Virus record (IMG/VR): IMGVR_UViG_3300009158_000046 | Span: 8,978 to 72,977 of that record | Source: a virus | Strand: one strand, 5' to 3' | Length of the DNA: 64,000 nucleotides | In this document: positions 1 to 8,851 of the stretch, piece by piece | Layout of the letters: each line of letters starts with the position of its first letter | Position numbering within the stretch: position 1 is the stretch's first letter | The notes under the pieces: generated by a model | What the model was told of the DNA's origin: nothing | The model's database searches: none | What the model saw: the letters and a program-made list of their open reading frames with translations, nothing else | Position numbers and translations under genes: made by a program

Positions 1-210
1 GCGGAGAAGACGGATCTGGCGGAGCAGGGCTTTGAAATCGATACCGATTGTCCCCAAGCTCTGCCAGAGAATCCACAGGGGACCCGTCAAGGCATAACAA
101 CCTGCATCATACAGAGAACACTTGAGTGAGCAAGTGTCCCTGGAGGCTGTGACAACGGGCATTGGACCCAGCTTTTTGTTGCGAGTCATAGCTGTGAAAT
201 AGAAGCGCAT
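1..210 (-). CDS. Cys-rich hypothetical phage protein (partial, runs off the window)
   Basis: Manual translation MRFYFTAMTRNKKLGPMPVVTASRDTCSLKCSLYDAGCYALTGPLW...; GGAG RBS upstream; C-x3-C-x6-C cluster. Not in the ORF track. Confidence 0.75.
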   Translation of the reverse strand, partial: MRFYFTAMTRNKKLGPMPVVTASRDTCSLKCSLYDAGCYALTGPLWILWQSLGTIGIDFKALLRQIRLLR

Positions 211-227
211 TCGCAGGACTCCAGAAT

Positions 228-257
228 CAAAAAGGCCCGCCGTGAGGCGAGCCTTTT
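228..257 (-). terminator. Intrinsic terminator
   Basis: AAAAGGCCCGCC-GTGA-GGCGAGCCTTTT hairpin with T-run on the minus strand; the same stem recurs at 6046-6073. Confidence 0.75.
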
Positions 258-313
258 GGGATTGATGTCGGGGGATTTAGGGTTAGCTAATCAGTAAAAC
301 TGACTGCTAGGGG

Positions 314-568
314 TCAGTGGCAATCGTCAATTTTCTTTCGAAGTTCCGATTTATCAGTCACGTTGAAATAGAACCAGTACGGTCGACTATTGCCTTGTTT
401 GACTCTCTGCTTTGCATAATCGAGAGAGTTGAACGTGCTGCCGCCATCAGATCGCGCACCAATCTTGGAGATTGCGATAATTTCTGATGGGGTGAGGTAG
501 CCGCCAAATTGGCGACCTTCCATGTGGACGATTTTCTTGATCGTGGAAGGAGAGATCTGATTTGCCAT
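314..568 (-). CDS. hypothetical protein
   Basis: 84 aa ORF coupled (TGATG) to the upstream ORF. Confidence 0.6.
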   Translation of the reverse strand: MANQISPSTIKKIVHMEGRQFGGYLTPSEIIAISKIGARSDGGSTFNSLDYAKQRVKQGNSRPYWFYFNVTDKSELRKKIDDCH

Positions 569-768
569 CAGCCGTCTTCCGTCGCGGCGCTCTCACGGCA
601 GTCCGGGCAGGTTTCCCAATCCCGTACTCCATGCTCGCAAGGTGCCATGCTGCGAAGCCATGACTGGCGCTGTGCTTCCCACATGGCCTGCTGCTGTTCC
701 GGCGTCATGGCGTCGTAACGAGCTTGCGCGTCAGCAAAGGCGCGCTGCAGTTCATCGCGGTCTTTCAT
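568..768 (-). CDS. hypothetical protein with CxH...CxxC motif
   Basis: 66 aa, PCEHGVRDWETCPDC; AGGAG upstream. Confidence 0.65.
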   Translation of the reverse strand: MKDRDELQRAFADAQARYDAMTPEQQQAMWEAQRQSWLRSMAPCEHGVRDWETCPDCRESAATEDG

Positions 769-922
769 CTGTGGGATGCTCCTGTGCGTGTACGGCCTTG
801 ACGTGCTGCTTCACGGCGATGCGATCAGCGAACACCTTGTCGCAGTGCGGACAGCGGTGGGTTCTGAGAACGCGCCACCGCCAGCCGCCGTCAAACCAGA
901 CGGTTCTGGGCTTGGTGGTCAT
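752..922 (-). CDS. 56 aa C2H2 zinc-finger microprotein
   Basis: Manual translation MTTKPRTVWFDGGWRWRVLRTHRCPHCDKVFADRIAVKQHVKAVHAQEHPTDERPR; ATGA overlap with the stop of 919..1272; fills the operon gap. Confidence 0.7.
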   Translation of the reverse strand: MTTKPRTVWFDGGWRWRVLRTHRCPHCDKVFADRIAVKQHVKAVHAQEHPTDERPR

Positions 923-1272
923 GATCGCGGCTCCGGCGGGTTGAGTGCGCGGATCATCTGCGGGTAAGGAACCGTTGGCGTTGCCACAAGCACTTCCCAG
1001 CCGGGTCCTTTCTGCGCTTGAACGTTAACGGTCGGGGCTCTTTCTACGGCTTCCGCCGCCGCGTCCCGGCCTTCAATCCAGCCGTCACGACGGCCACGCC
1101 AATAAGCCTTCACACGCTGTTGCTCGCACAGCCCCCATTCCCGTTCGGCGGCGTCTGCACGGGCCTCCAGTTTAGCAATCCGAACGGCCTGCTGGTCGAG
1201 CAGGTCGGCGGCGGCGTCCATGCTGGGCGTCTGAAACGACCGCAACCACGTTGTCAGTTCCTCGCGCGTCAT
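919..1272 (-). CDS. hypothetical protein (coiled coil)
   Basis: 117 aa, ATGA-coupled, AAGGAG RBS. Confidence 0.65.
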   Translation of the reverse strand: MTREELTTWLRSFQTPSMDAAADLLDQQAVRIAKLEARADAAEREWGLCEQQRVKAYWRGRRDGWIEGRDAAAEAVERAPTVNVQAQKGPGWEVLVATPTVPYPQMIRALNPPEPRS

Positions 1273-1556
1273 GGCGTCGGCTCCTTGTCGATCAGGTTTT
1301 TGATCGGCCGAACGACCGCGTCCAAGATGAAAGAGATGTTCCAGGCTGCGCCGCTCGGGCCGTGGAAGTCGGCATGATACCGGATCGCCACTTCGGCTAA
1401 CTTTGCCGCCTCCGTCAGGGCGGCGATGCGGGCGGCGTCCCGCTCGGCCTGGATGGTCTCGGCGATGAGAGCGCGCAGCTTATCGTAGCCCATGTCGATG
1501 GACGGGATCCCGACCGGCGGCAGGATCGTCAGTGCGACTTCCTCCGGCGTCTTCAT
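1269..1556 (-). CDS. hypothetical protein
   Basis: 95 aa, GGAGGATGGAG upstream. Confidence 0.65.
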   Translation of the reverse strand: MKTPEEVALTILPPVGIPSIDMGYDKLRALIAETIQAERDAARIAALTEAAKLAEVAIRYHADFHGPSGAAWNISFILDAVVRPIKNLIDKEPTP

Positions 1557-1611
1557 GCTCCATCCTCCTGTGGCTCATCCATGTGAAGGATCTCGTCTGC
1601 GGCCCGGTCCA

Positions 1612-1890
1612 TCACTCGCCCTCCACTCGCAACCACGGGAATGCTTCGCGAACACGGGACTCTGTAGACTCGTCCCAGAACCCAGAGACAAAAATGGATC
1701 GGGCCTTTGCCCATTCCTCCCGCGTCAGCACGACCGTGGGAGGTGGGCGGTGGCGCTCATAGGCCTTGATGGCGGCGTCGGCGGCGCGAAGGACAGTCGG
1801 AACGTCGCGCAACACGTCAGCGTCTAGGCCCCACCCTTCGCAAATAGCCTGCGCCATGACCTGCCGGAGATCGTCTGTCGGTTCGGTCAT
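1612..1890 (-). CDS. hypothetical protein
   Basis: Start re-assigned to MTEPTDD (ATGA overlap with the upstream stop). Confidence 0.6.
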   Translation of the reverse strand: MTEPTDDLRQVMAQAICEGWGLDADVLRDVPTVLRAADAAIKAYERHRPPPTVVLTREEWAKARSIFVSGFWDESTESRVREAFPWLRVEGE

Positions 1891-2195
1891 GGTGACGGCT
1901 CCCCTCCAAACCCCAACTGCTTTTCGGCTTCCCACGCTCGACGCAAAGCCGATCCGTTCACGCCTTTGAAAACGGGACCTTCCATCGTCACGTCGATGGC
2001 CACGGCTTCTCGGTACAAGCAGAGCAGTCGAAACAAGCTGGCGACACGAATGTCGCCAGCGAGGGTCTCGGGGTGATTGCGGTAGGCCGCGATGGCGGAG
2101 TCAGCAAAGTCGATCCAGTTGCGCCCCGGAGAAGTCATGATCGCATTGGCGACAAAGCGTCGAAGGTCTTCAGACTCGGGAGCATCAGCCCTCAT
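1887..2195 (-). CDS. hypothetical protein
   Basis: MRADAPESED..., GGAGG RBS. Confidence 0.6.
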   Translation of the reverse strand: MRADAPESEDLRRFVANAIMTSPGRNWIDFADSAIAAYRNHPETLAGDIRVASLFRLLCLYREAVAIDVTMEGPVFKGVNGSALRRAWEAEKQLGFGGEPSP

Positions 2196-2604
2196 CAAAG
2201 CCTCCAACCTTCTTGGTGATCAGCGTCACCCGGTCGAACTGGACGTCGACAGCGATAATGGCCACCTCATCGACGCAGCCGTAGCTTGAGACCCACAAGG
2301 GAGTTCCCTCATCCATGAGGAAATCTCCGCCTTTGTAGCCCTCCAAAGTGGAGTTCAGGATTGTCCGGAGGCAGTCCAGGAACGGGGCCACGGTAGTCGC
2401 GAACCCGCGCTCGAAAGCCAGATCAGAGTAGTAGCCACGATAGCTGTGAGGCCGAAATGGTGCCGTTCCGTCATCGAAAACCACATCGGCATTCGGAAAT
2501 GCGATTTCCAGTTTGGCGATGAGCTGTCCAAGCGTCACATGATAGTTCTGACGGGTGACGCGAGACGTAGCGCTCATCGCATCAAGTAATTTCTGCATGT
2601 CCAT
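2185..2604 (-). CDS. conserved-looking hypothetical phage protein
   Basis: 139 aa with HSYRGYYSDLAF and GYKGGDF motifs. Confidence 0.7.
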   Translation of the reverse strand: MDMQKLLDAMSATSRVTRQNYHVTLGQLIAKLEIAFPNADVVFDDGTAPFRPHSYRGYYSDLAFERGFATTVAPFLDCLRTILNSTLEGYKGGDFLMDEGTPLWVSSYGCVDEVAIIAVDVQFDRVTLITKKVGGFDEG

Positions 2605-2618
2605 GATGATCCCCCTTT

Positions 2619-2651
2619 GAAAAAGAAAGGGCCGGTCTTTCGACCGGCCCT
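2619..2651 (-). terminator. Intrinsic terminator
   Basis: AGGGCCGGTC-TTTC-GACCGGCCCT followed by a T-rich tail on the minus strand. Confidence 0.7.
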
Positions 2652-2655
2652 GGCT

Positions 2656-3021
2656 TCAGGCCAGCTTGACGAGAAGGGTACTTCCTTCGATCCGGGCTTC
2701 CGGGGTCCAGGTCTTCATCGGGTCGGTGACACCGGGAGGAACGAGGACGCTGGAGGTGTACTTGCCGACGCCGTTGGACTGGACACGCAGGCGAGCCCGG
2801 TGCTTTTCGTCCACAGGCGACAGGGCGTACCAACCCTGGTCGTCGCCGTCTCCGCGAGCCACTGAAAGGCGGTCATCCGCCTTCCAGCCGAGAGCCTGGA
2901 CGAGGCTGGGCGGCATCTTCAGCCGCCCGGCAATGCCGTCCGGGACGCGAACCACGGCGAACCGCAGCTCGGTCACAAACGTCCACTGCTTGACCTCACG
3001 TTCAATCAACTGAAAGCCCAT
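2656..3021 (-). CDS. AbrB/MazE-like (swapped-hairpin) putative DNA-binding protein
   Basis: Start at MGFQLIERE after AGGAG; LKMPPSLVQALGWKADDRLSV resembles the AbrB pattern. Confidence 0.5.
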   Translation of the reverse strand: MGFQLIEREVKQWTFVTELRFAVVRVPDGIAGRLKMPPSLVQALGWKADDRLSVARGDGDDQGWYALSPVDEKHRARLRVQSNGVGKYTSSVLVPPGVTDPMKTWTPEARIEGSTLLVKLA

Positions 3022-3037
3022 CTTGTATTCTCCTGTG

Positions 3038-3874
3038 TCATTCGAAGTCGTCGTAGTCGTCCGACCCAACATCAACCGTGCCGGTGTCAATGACATCGGC
3101 ATCGGGGCTGTCGTAAGTCGCCACAGTATTCTGATGCTTGCGGACGAACTCATCAATGTACGACTTGGAAATCTCCTCCAGGACTTCGTACTTGCAGACC
3201 CGCATCTTTGAGCCGTCGTAGTCGGTCGGAACCGAAACGACGTCCTCGGGCCAGAAAGCGCAGAGAACGACACGGCGATCGTCCTGCCACAGCCCGAAAT
3301 TCGGGATGTAGCGATAGGCCCCGAGATGGAGACCGTGGCTGCAGGTGTTGTCGGGATTGTCGTCCACGTCGCCGCGATCGATCTCGACAACCTTGCCGAT
3401 CGAGTTGTCGAACTTGCCGCTATAGACGTCGGTGAAGTCGTCCCGCACGACCTTGAGAGCGGTCATGCGCCCGTCTGCCAGCCACGGCAGGTCATTGACC
3501 TGAGCGAAGATGGGGAAACGGGTCCGAGCCGAATTGGTCGGATTGCGGTAGAGGCTCTCCAGCACGTTGAGCAGCGGCTGGAACGGCACATTCTCGGCCT
3601 GCAGCTTGAGCAGCTTCTCGGTGAAGTAGTTGTCGATCCGGTTGCCCTTGTAGAGCACCGAGTCGTAGGTCACCTCGAACCGGCCCTGGCTGACAGTCCG
3701 CAGAGCCTCGCCGCTGTCGCACCAGCCGATGAGCTGGTCGACGTCGGCGGTGGAGGTGAGGAGGCGCTCACGCGCCGCCTCGAAGTTGGAGTTGTCCCTG
3801 CCGATGTGGTGGGGCTGGCCCTTGGCGAAGAACGTGATGGAATGGTCAGCGATCGTGAACGGGATGTTCGTCAT
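3038..3874 (-). CDS. rIIB: RIIB-like protein
   Basis: TCSHGLH and PEDVVSVPTDYDGSKMRVCKYEV motifs; follows rIIA. Confidence 0.9.
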   Translation of the reverse strand: MTNIPFTIADHSITFFAKGQPHHIGRDNSNFEAARERLLTSTADVDQLIGWCDSGEALRTVSQGRFEVTYDSVLYKGNRIDNYFTEKLLKLQAENVPFQPLLNVLESLYRNPTNSARTRFPIFAQVNDLPWLADGRMTALKVVRDDFTDVYSGKFDNSIGKVVEIDRGDVDDNPDNTCSHGLHLGAYRYIPNFGLWQDDRRVVLCAFWPEDVVSVPTDYDGSKMRVCKYEVLEEISKSYIDEFVRKHQNTVATYDSPDADVIDTGTVDVGSDDYDDFE

Positions 3875-3901
3875 GGTAGGTCTCCTGTTTTGACGGAAGG
3901 A

Positions 3902-3916
3902 TGAAAGGTTTCAACC
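3902..3916. promoter_or_regulatory. Palindromic operator-like site (imperfect copy)
   Basis: TGAAAGGTTTCAACC containing the rIIA stop codon. Confidence 0.6.
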
Positions 3917-6028
3917 GTGCTCAGCGGCACGAGCTTCAAGATCGAGATAGTAATCAAGATCCTGGACGTTCGAGTTATAGTACCCCAACTCCTGAACGAA
4001 GCGATGCAGGAGCTTGTACTTCTCCCTGAGGAGTTCGTACTCACCACCCAACTCCTGTGCGGGGCTGGGCGTCTCCACCAACTGACGAGCGTCGGCAGTG
4101 AATTTGTAGTAGTAGTTGTAGAGATTGCGCTCGTCAGACTTGTCTTCGCCAGACTTGTGGAGCATCACCTTGGTGAGAAAGGCTGCGAAGTCGATAGGCT
4201 TCCTGCGAACCAACAGGTTAGCCTTCATCTTGAGGTTCTCGACACTACGGTCGAGAGCGTCGGCCTGCCGCTTACCCCTTGCGACAGCATCGAAGTCCAT
4301 CTTGCTTTCGACGATCTGCTTGAGCCAGGGGCCAAACATCGTCCACTTTTGGAACTTCGGGGTCTCATCGAAAATGATGACGTTCGGGACTTCGTCGACG
4401 TACCCTGTCAGCTTGAGCAGCCGCAGGATCTCGCCGACGTGGCCCCGCATCATGTTGGTGTTGTAGGTGTGGTTAGGATCGGTGAGGTAGTTCCGGTTCC
4501 GCATCTGGGTGCGGCTGCCGACCTCCCGGTCGACGACGTAGATGCCGCCTTCCTTGAGAGAGATGGAGACGTCATTGATCTCGCCGTTGGCGAAGATCGA
4601 CTTCTTCTTGACGGTCAGGCGAGAACGACCCTCACGGGCGATCTTGGGCAGCTTGACCTTGCCGAGATCGAACACCGCCGGGTCGGTGCGGGTCAGTCCA
4701 AAGCGACCGAGGACCGCGTCGACGTGGTCGTTGTCCTTGCCGATGCAGCGCAGCCAAAGCACCCGGCCGGTCAGACGGGGCTTGAGGGCCGTGATACGTT
4801 CGAACGAGCGACTGGTTGTGGTCTGAATGATGACGCTGCGAATGCCAGCGCCATAGGAGCCGATGCTCCAGCTCCAATTTGCCTTGCCACGACCCTCTGA
4901 GAAGCGGTCGAAGACGGGGCTGTCCTGATCGCTGTTGAAGACGCAGGCGCTGACCTCGTCATGGTTGGACTTGAAGGTGCTGACGATCGGCGTCTTGCCC
5001 CTGTAGAGCACCTTGCTCTCCAGGTGCTTCGCAGCGCCACTCGGCATCGTGTTGGTTCGGTCGTGGAAGAGGACGCAGGCCTCGAAGAAGTTCTCGGCCG
5101 TGTCGATGTGGTCCTGCAGCTCGACGACGTAGGCCAGCTCGAAGGCCTTGATCGTCTCCATCAGCGTCTGCTTGGTGGTGGCGTCGTAGCCAAGCTCCTC
5201 GTTCGACGTGGTGGGCGTGAGGCTGCCCAGAGGCACGTCGAACAGGATCGGCACGCGCCGCCATGGCCAGTCGGGCATGTCGAGAGCCGCCATGTCGACC
5301 GGGAACAGGATGCAGCCCATCCGAACCCTGGGACCGCTGAACGGCACAGTGTCCTTCTGGTACTGGACCCAGCCGTCGCCGGAAGCGGCGATGACCTCGC
5401 TACCGAAGTCGATCTCCGGATAAATCTTCGGCCGGGGGCGAAAGCCCCAATAGGCAGACTGGGCTTCCCACCGGACCTTGTCGATGTCCTCGCGCCGGAT
5501 CGGGAACGACACCTCCAAGCCGGTCGGCTCGTCGGTCGGGCTCTCGTCGATCAGGTCCCAGCCGGGCTTGCCGTCTGGCTGGATCGCCATGGTGTAGGTC
5601 CGCACCATGCCGTCGAAGAACGAGCGCACGGTGAAGGAGCCAGCGCCCTGGCCGAGCTGGGTGCCGTTGATCAGGTAGCCGTAGGGGCTCTTGGAGCCGA
5701 GGCCACGGTGACCCTGGCTGTCGGCGTCGTTGTCCTTGGTCGAGTTGCCGAACTCGCAGAAGACGTTGACGACGTCGTCGTGGCTGAGGCCGGGGCCGCA
5801 GTCACGGATCCGGAACACCGGCTTGAAGATGGTGGGCAGGAAGACCTCGAAGCTGGTCTTGGTGTCCCAGGCGTTGGACCCCAGCTCCTGAAGGAAGTAT
5901 TTGATCTTGTTCTTCGCAATGCCGGACATGAGAGTGTAGTACATGACCGGAGTTGCACGAATGCCAGCCGTGCCGTGGCTGATCGTCTCAGACGTGATCT
6001 TGGTGTAGGTTCCGTAATTCGGTATCAT
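3911..6028 (-). CDS. rIIA: RIIA-like protein with N-terminal GHKL ATPase
   Basis: ELGSNAWD, IRDCGPGLS and GLGSKSP GHKL motifs; adjacent to rIIB; GGAG RBS before MIPNYG. Confidence 0.88.
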   Translation of the reverse strand: MIPNYGTYTKITSETISHGTAGIRATPVMYYTLMSGIAKNKIKYFLQELGSNAWDTKTSFEVFLPTIFKPVFRIRDCGPGLSHDDVVNVFCEFGNSTKDNDADSQGHRGLGSKSPYGYLINGTQLGQGAGSFTVRSFFDGMVRTYTMAIQPDGKPGWDLIDESPTDEPTGLEVSFPIRREDIDKVRWEAQSAYWGFRPRPKIYPEIDFGSEVIAASGDGWVQYQKDTVPFSGPRVRMGCILFPVDMAALDMPDWPWRRVPILFDVPLGSLTPTTSNEELGYDATTKQTLMETIKAFELAYVVELQDHIDTAENFFEACVLFHDRTNTMPSGAAKHLESKVLYRGKTPIVSTFKSNHDEVSACVFNSDQDSPVFDRFSEGRGKANWSWSIGSYGAGIRSVIIQTTTSRSFERITALKPRLTGRVLWLRCIGKDNDHVDAVLGRFGLTRTDPAVFDLGKVKLPKIAREGRSRLTVKKKSIFANGEINDVSISLKEGGIYVVDREVGSRTQMRNRNYLTDPNHTYNTNMMRGHVGEILRLLKLTGYVDEVPNVIIFDETPKFQKWTMFGPWLKQIVESKMDFDAVARGKRQADALDRSVENLKMKANLLVRRKPIDFAAFLTKVMLHKSGEDKSDERNLYNYYYKFTADARQLVETPSPAQELGGEYELLREKYKLLHRFVQELGYYNSNVQDLDYYLDLEARAAEHG

Positions 6029-6045
6029 TTGTTGCTCCAAAAATG

Positions 6046-6073
6046 AAAAGGCCCGCCAATGGCGAGCCTTTTT
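6046..6073 (-). terminator. Intrinsic terminator
   Basis: AAAAGGCCCGCC-AAT-GGCGAGCCTTTTT. Confidence 0.7.
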
Positions 6074-6096
6074 CGATAAAGACGAGGATGGTTAGT

Positions 6097-6114
6097 GGTT
6101 GAAAGCTTTCAACC
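6097..6114. promoter_or_regulatory. Palindromic operator-like site
   Basis: Perfect 18 bp palindrome GGTTGAAAGCTTTCAACC abutting the stop codon at 6114. Confidence 0.75.
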
Positions 6115-6458
6115 TACTCGGAGTTGCTGATCGCGTTCGAAGCCTCCTGGAAGATCACGAAGTGCTTGGAGCGGACGTAGTGGACGAACCGCGTTTCCCA
6201 GTCCTTGGAGGCAGTCCTACGCAACTCTCCACGCTTGGCCTGCACGAGCTGCAGTGCGAGCTTCTTCATCCGCATCGCCATGCGGGCCTTGCGGAGCCAG
6301 ACAGCGTCGTCCTGACGTTCGGGGTCGATGAGGTGGCCCTCGATGACGCCGAGTGCCTGCGTGAGCACGAGCTGGGCGTTGTGGCAGTCGTCGAGAGTCT
6401 TGAGATCGTCGATGACCCAATCGGGGCCGTCGATCTCGATGACAGGTACGGGCTTCAT
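6114..6458 (-). CDS. hypothetical protein
   Basis: 114 aa, ATGA-coupled, AAGGAG RBS. Confidence 0.7.
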   Translation of the reverse strand: MKPVPVIEIDGPDWVIDDLKTLDDCHNAQLVLTQALGVIEGHLIDPERQDDAVWLRKARMAMRMKKLALQLVQAKRGELRRTASKDWETRFVHYVRSKHFVIFQEASNAISNSE

Positions 6459-6955
6459 TTCAGGATCTCCTTCAGTTCCTTGAGGGTTCGGGGCCGGTAG
6501 CCGATGGCATCGACGCCGACATCGAGCGAGTTGCCCTCCCCGGTCATCGCGCCGTGGACGTGACCGAAGAGGTGGATGGAGCCATGCCGGTCACGGTTCC
6601 AGCTCCGGAGGGGGTAGTGGCAGAGAACGACCGGCAGTCCGGTGTCCGGGTCGGTCAGCTCTGCCATTGGGAAGTTGGGCTGGATTATCGCGCGGGTGTC
6701 GTAGTGATCGTGGTTGCCCTGGATGAGGATGATCGTCCCGTTCAGGGTTGAGACGAGATCCCGGATCTGGGACTTCTTCTTGTGAAAGGCGAAGTCGCCC
6801 AGGTGGTAGACGACGTCCCTTGGCTTCACGACCGAGTTCCACGTCTCAATCATGTGCCGGTCCATCTCATCGACAGAGGAGAAGGGCCGCTTGCAGTATT
6901 TGATGATGTTGACGTGGCCGAAGTGGGTGTCAGAGATGAAGAAGGTCTCGCTCAT
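6455..6955 (-). CDS. calcineurin-like metallophosphoesterase
   Basis: SDTHFGH, HLGD, GNHD and GHVH motifs. Confidence 0.92.
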   Translation of the reverse strand: MSETFFISDTHFGHVNIIKYCKRPFSSVDEMDRHMIETWNSVVKPRDVVYHLGDFAFHKKKSQIRDLVSTLNGTIILIQGNHDHYDTRAIIQPNFPMAELTDPDTGLPVVLCHYPLRSWNRDRHGSIHLFGHVHGAMTGEGNSLDVGVDAIGYRPRTLKELKEILK

Positions 6956-7497
6956 TCTGTCGCCAGTCCTCTGTCGGGAGAAAGCCAGTTCGGGTTCTTG
7001 GTGATGCGATAGGCAACTTCGCGAGTGGCACGCTCGGTCTTGAAGTCGCCGATGGCGAGAGCGAGACCGTCACTGCCTCGGCCGTAGAGGGTCCAGAACG
7101 CGGTAGGTCGGCTGTCTCCAACCCCCACGTAGCCGAAATACAAGTCCTCGATTGCCTGGGTTGCGAGTTCGTAGGTCTGGTATGACCTGATCTCACCCTC
7201 CCAGAGCACGCACGGCCTCATCTCGTAGCTGACAAAGACGGGCGGTGTTGGCTGGGGAGGTTCTGGCCGGTCGAGAACCACGCCAAAAGCTTCCAGCGCC
7301 AGCTTGCGCTTTTCGATCTCGGCCGTCAGGTGATCGAAGGTGAGTTTGCGTAGGTCAGCGGAGAAGTCCTTGGACGGATAGGCGTTGAGAGCCACGGATA
7401 TGGTAGTAGAGAGCGCCTGTCCGTCTAACCGGAGATCCTCCAGGCTTTGGATCTCGTCGTTGAGCCGGGTTACGATATTGATGTTCTTGATATTCAA
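6952..7497 (-). CDS. hypothetical protein
   Basis: 181 aa, coupled to both neighbours. Confidence 0.65.
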   Translation of the reverse strand: MNIKNINIVTRLNDEIQSLEDLRLDGQALSTTISVALNAYPSKDFSADLRKLTFDHLTAEIEKRKLALEAFGVVLDRPEPPQPTPPVFVSYEMRPCVLWEGEIRSYQTYELATQAIEDLYFGYVGVGDSRPTAFWTLYGRGSDGLALAIGDFKTERATREVAYRITKNPNWLSPDRGLATE

Positions 7498-7709
7498 GAG
7501 ACTACCCTCGCTTCTGTTGCCTCGATCCAGACTTTTGCCCCGCAGTCCAGGGGTTTGTCTGGACGGTGGATGACGCGGACGGGGCCGGTGAGTTCGACCT
7601 CGTGTGCGTAGATACGTTTCCGCCCCTGCCGGATGGTCAGGGGCGGATCATTTCGGCCGTGCTTGCGGTTGGCAGCCACGACGCTGCGGTTGACGTGGAC
7701 TCTAATCAT
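7494..7709 (-). CDS. small basic conserved-looking phage protein
   Basis: IHVNR...RPDKPLDCGAKVWIE; ATGA-coupled. Confidence 0.7.
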   Translation of the reverse strand: MIRVHVNRSVVAANRKHGRNDPPLTIRQGRKRIYAHEVELTGPVRVIHRPDKPLDCGAKVWIEATEARVVS

Positions 7710-7909
7710 CCAGGCACCACCACAACCGGAACTTCGGGGTAGTCGGTCGACTTGATGACGACGGCGATGCTGGCTGTGTGGGGATCGTGCCTGTCCAGCA
7801 GCTCGTCATAGTGAGCCTGAGCGTCTGACAGGCTTTCGTGGGCGTGGTAGTGGTCGTTCAACTTGCTATCCACCCACACGACCAGGAACATGGGCTGCAT
7901 CATCAGCAC
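7706..7909 (-). CDS. hypothetical protein
   Basis: 67 aa, in operon. Confidence 0.6.
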   Translation of the reverse strand: MLMMQPMFLVVWVDSKLNDHYHAHESLSDAQAHYDELLDRHDPHTASIAVVIKSTDYPEVPVVVVPG

Positions 7910-8376
7910 TCACCTGAGTTGTCGGCATCAGTCCCAGCGAGGACTTCTTCCCACTCGGGACGCCCGTTGGTCAGGTAATTGCGGAGAGCCTGGGCAGCCT
8001 GCTCGGCCGAGATGTTCTCGTACTCCCAGCGATAGGTTCGGCCAGACTCTTGGCCTGGATAGAACAACTCCTTCAGATCTTCGGTTGGGGCGTTGGAAAC
8101 GAATTTGTCGGCATCGTCCCTGTCGAAAATCCAAATGCCGTCGATTTTCTTGCCGTTCATGAGGGCGTAGGCCCATCCGCCGATACAGCCGACAGTTCCG
8201 CAATGATCAGACTGGGGCTGGGCCACGACAGACATGTTGAAAAGGCTTGGACTGATGAAGTCTGGATCGTTTGTATCGGGGACGTGACGGAGCTTCCCGC
8301 TCTCAAGTCCCTTGAGGACACGGATGAGGGAGGCGTGCAGTTCGGTGTCGATGTTGAGCTGTTCGGCGGTCATCAT
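7903..8376 (-). CDS. hypothetical protein
   Basis: 157 aa, FNM...HCGTVGCIGGWA motif. Confidence 0.7.
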   Translation of the reverse strand: MMTAEQLNIDTELHASLIRVLKGLESGKLRHVPDTNDPDFISPSLFNMSVVAQPQSDHCGTVGCIGGWAYALMNGKKIDGIWIFDRDDADKFVSNAPTEDLKELFYPGQESGRTYRWEYENISAEQAAQALRNYLTNGRPEWEEVLAGTDADNSGEC

Positions 8377-8576
8377 TTGCTGAGGTTCCCTTTGTTGACG
8401 GAGAGGACGGTGAGAAGCTGGCCGTAGACGAGGTCGGTCTTGGGCTGCTCACGGAAGTCTTCGACGGTGTGCTCGGTGAGCCAGTCACCGGTCACATCGA
8501 CGATGGTCTGGACCTGTTCGGTCGCCCATCGGGCGGCTTCCGCGTCGGTCTGGATGGAGAGAAGGGGGTGGGTCAC
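8373..8576 (-). CDS. hypothetical protein
   Basis: 67 aa, GTGA-coupled. Confidence 0.6.
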   Translation of the reverse strand: MTHPLLSIQTDAEAARWATEQVQTIVDVTGDWLTEHTVEDFREQPKTDLVYGQLLTVLSVNKGNLSK

Positions 8577-8851
8577 AACTCCCTCCCGTAGTGGCAGAGC
8601 AAGATCTCGCCCCTGTAGTCTTCGATTGCCGGATCGAGGCGACCCGTCACGGTGATCAGGTCGAAGTCGAGGATGTCCCCGTCCGGTTGGGGAAAGCCGA
8701 TGTCGACACCGTGGCGCAGGTAGAAGTCGCGCCGCTCGTTCAGGTCGACCGAGTGAATGTCGGCGTAATCGGCCCCCTCATGTGAAACGACCCGGCCAGT
8801 GACCGGGTCGATTTCGAGGCTTCCGTAGGTTCCGAATGCGTGGATTGTCAT
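8573..8851 (-). CDS. hypothetical protein
   Basis: 92 aa, GGAGG RBS. Confidence 0.65.
   Translation of the reverse strand: MTIHAFGTYGSLEIDPVTGRVVSHEGADYADIHSVDLNERRDFYLRHGVDIGFPQPDGDILDFDLITVTGRLDPAIEDYRGEILLCHYGREL

Noticed and set aside
3038-6028. rIIA/rIIB pair as a novelty
   Set aside because: Widespread in diverse lytic phages
3917-6046. Long plus-strand ORFs antisense to rIIA (also 18910..20259, 22636..23736, 24337..25833, 29426..30658)
   Set aside because: Shadow ORFs expected from GC-rich codon bias; the opposite strand carries the recognisable motifs or operon context
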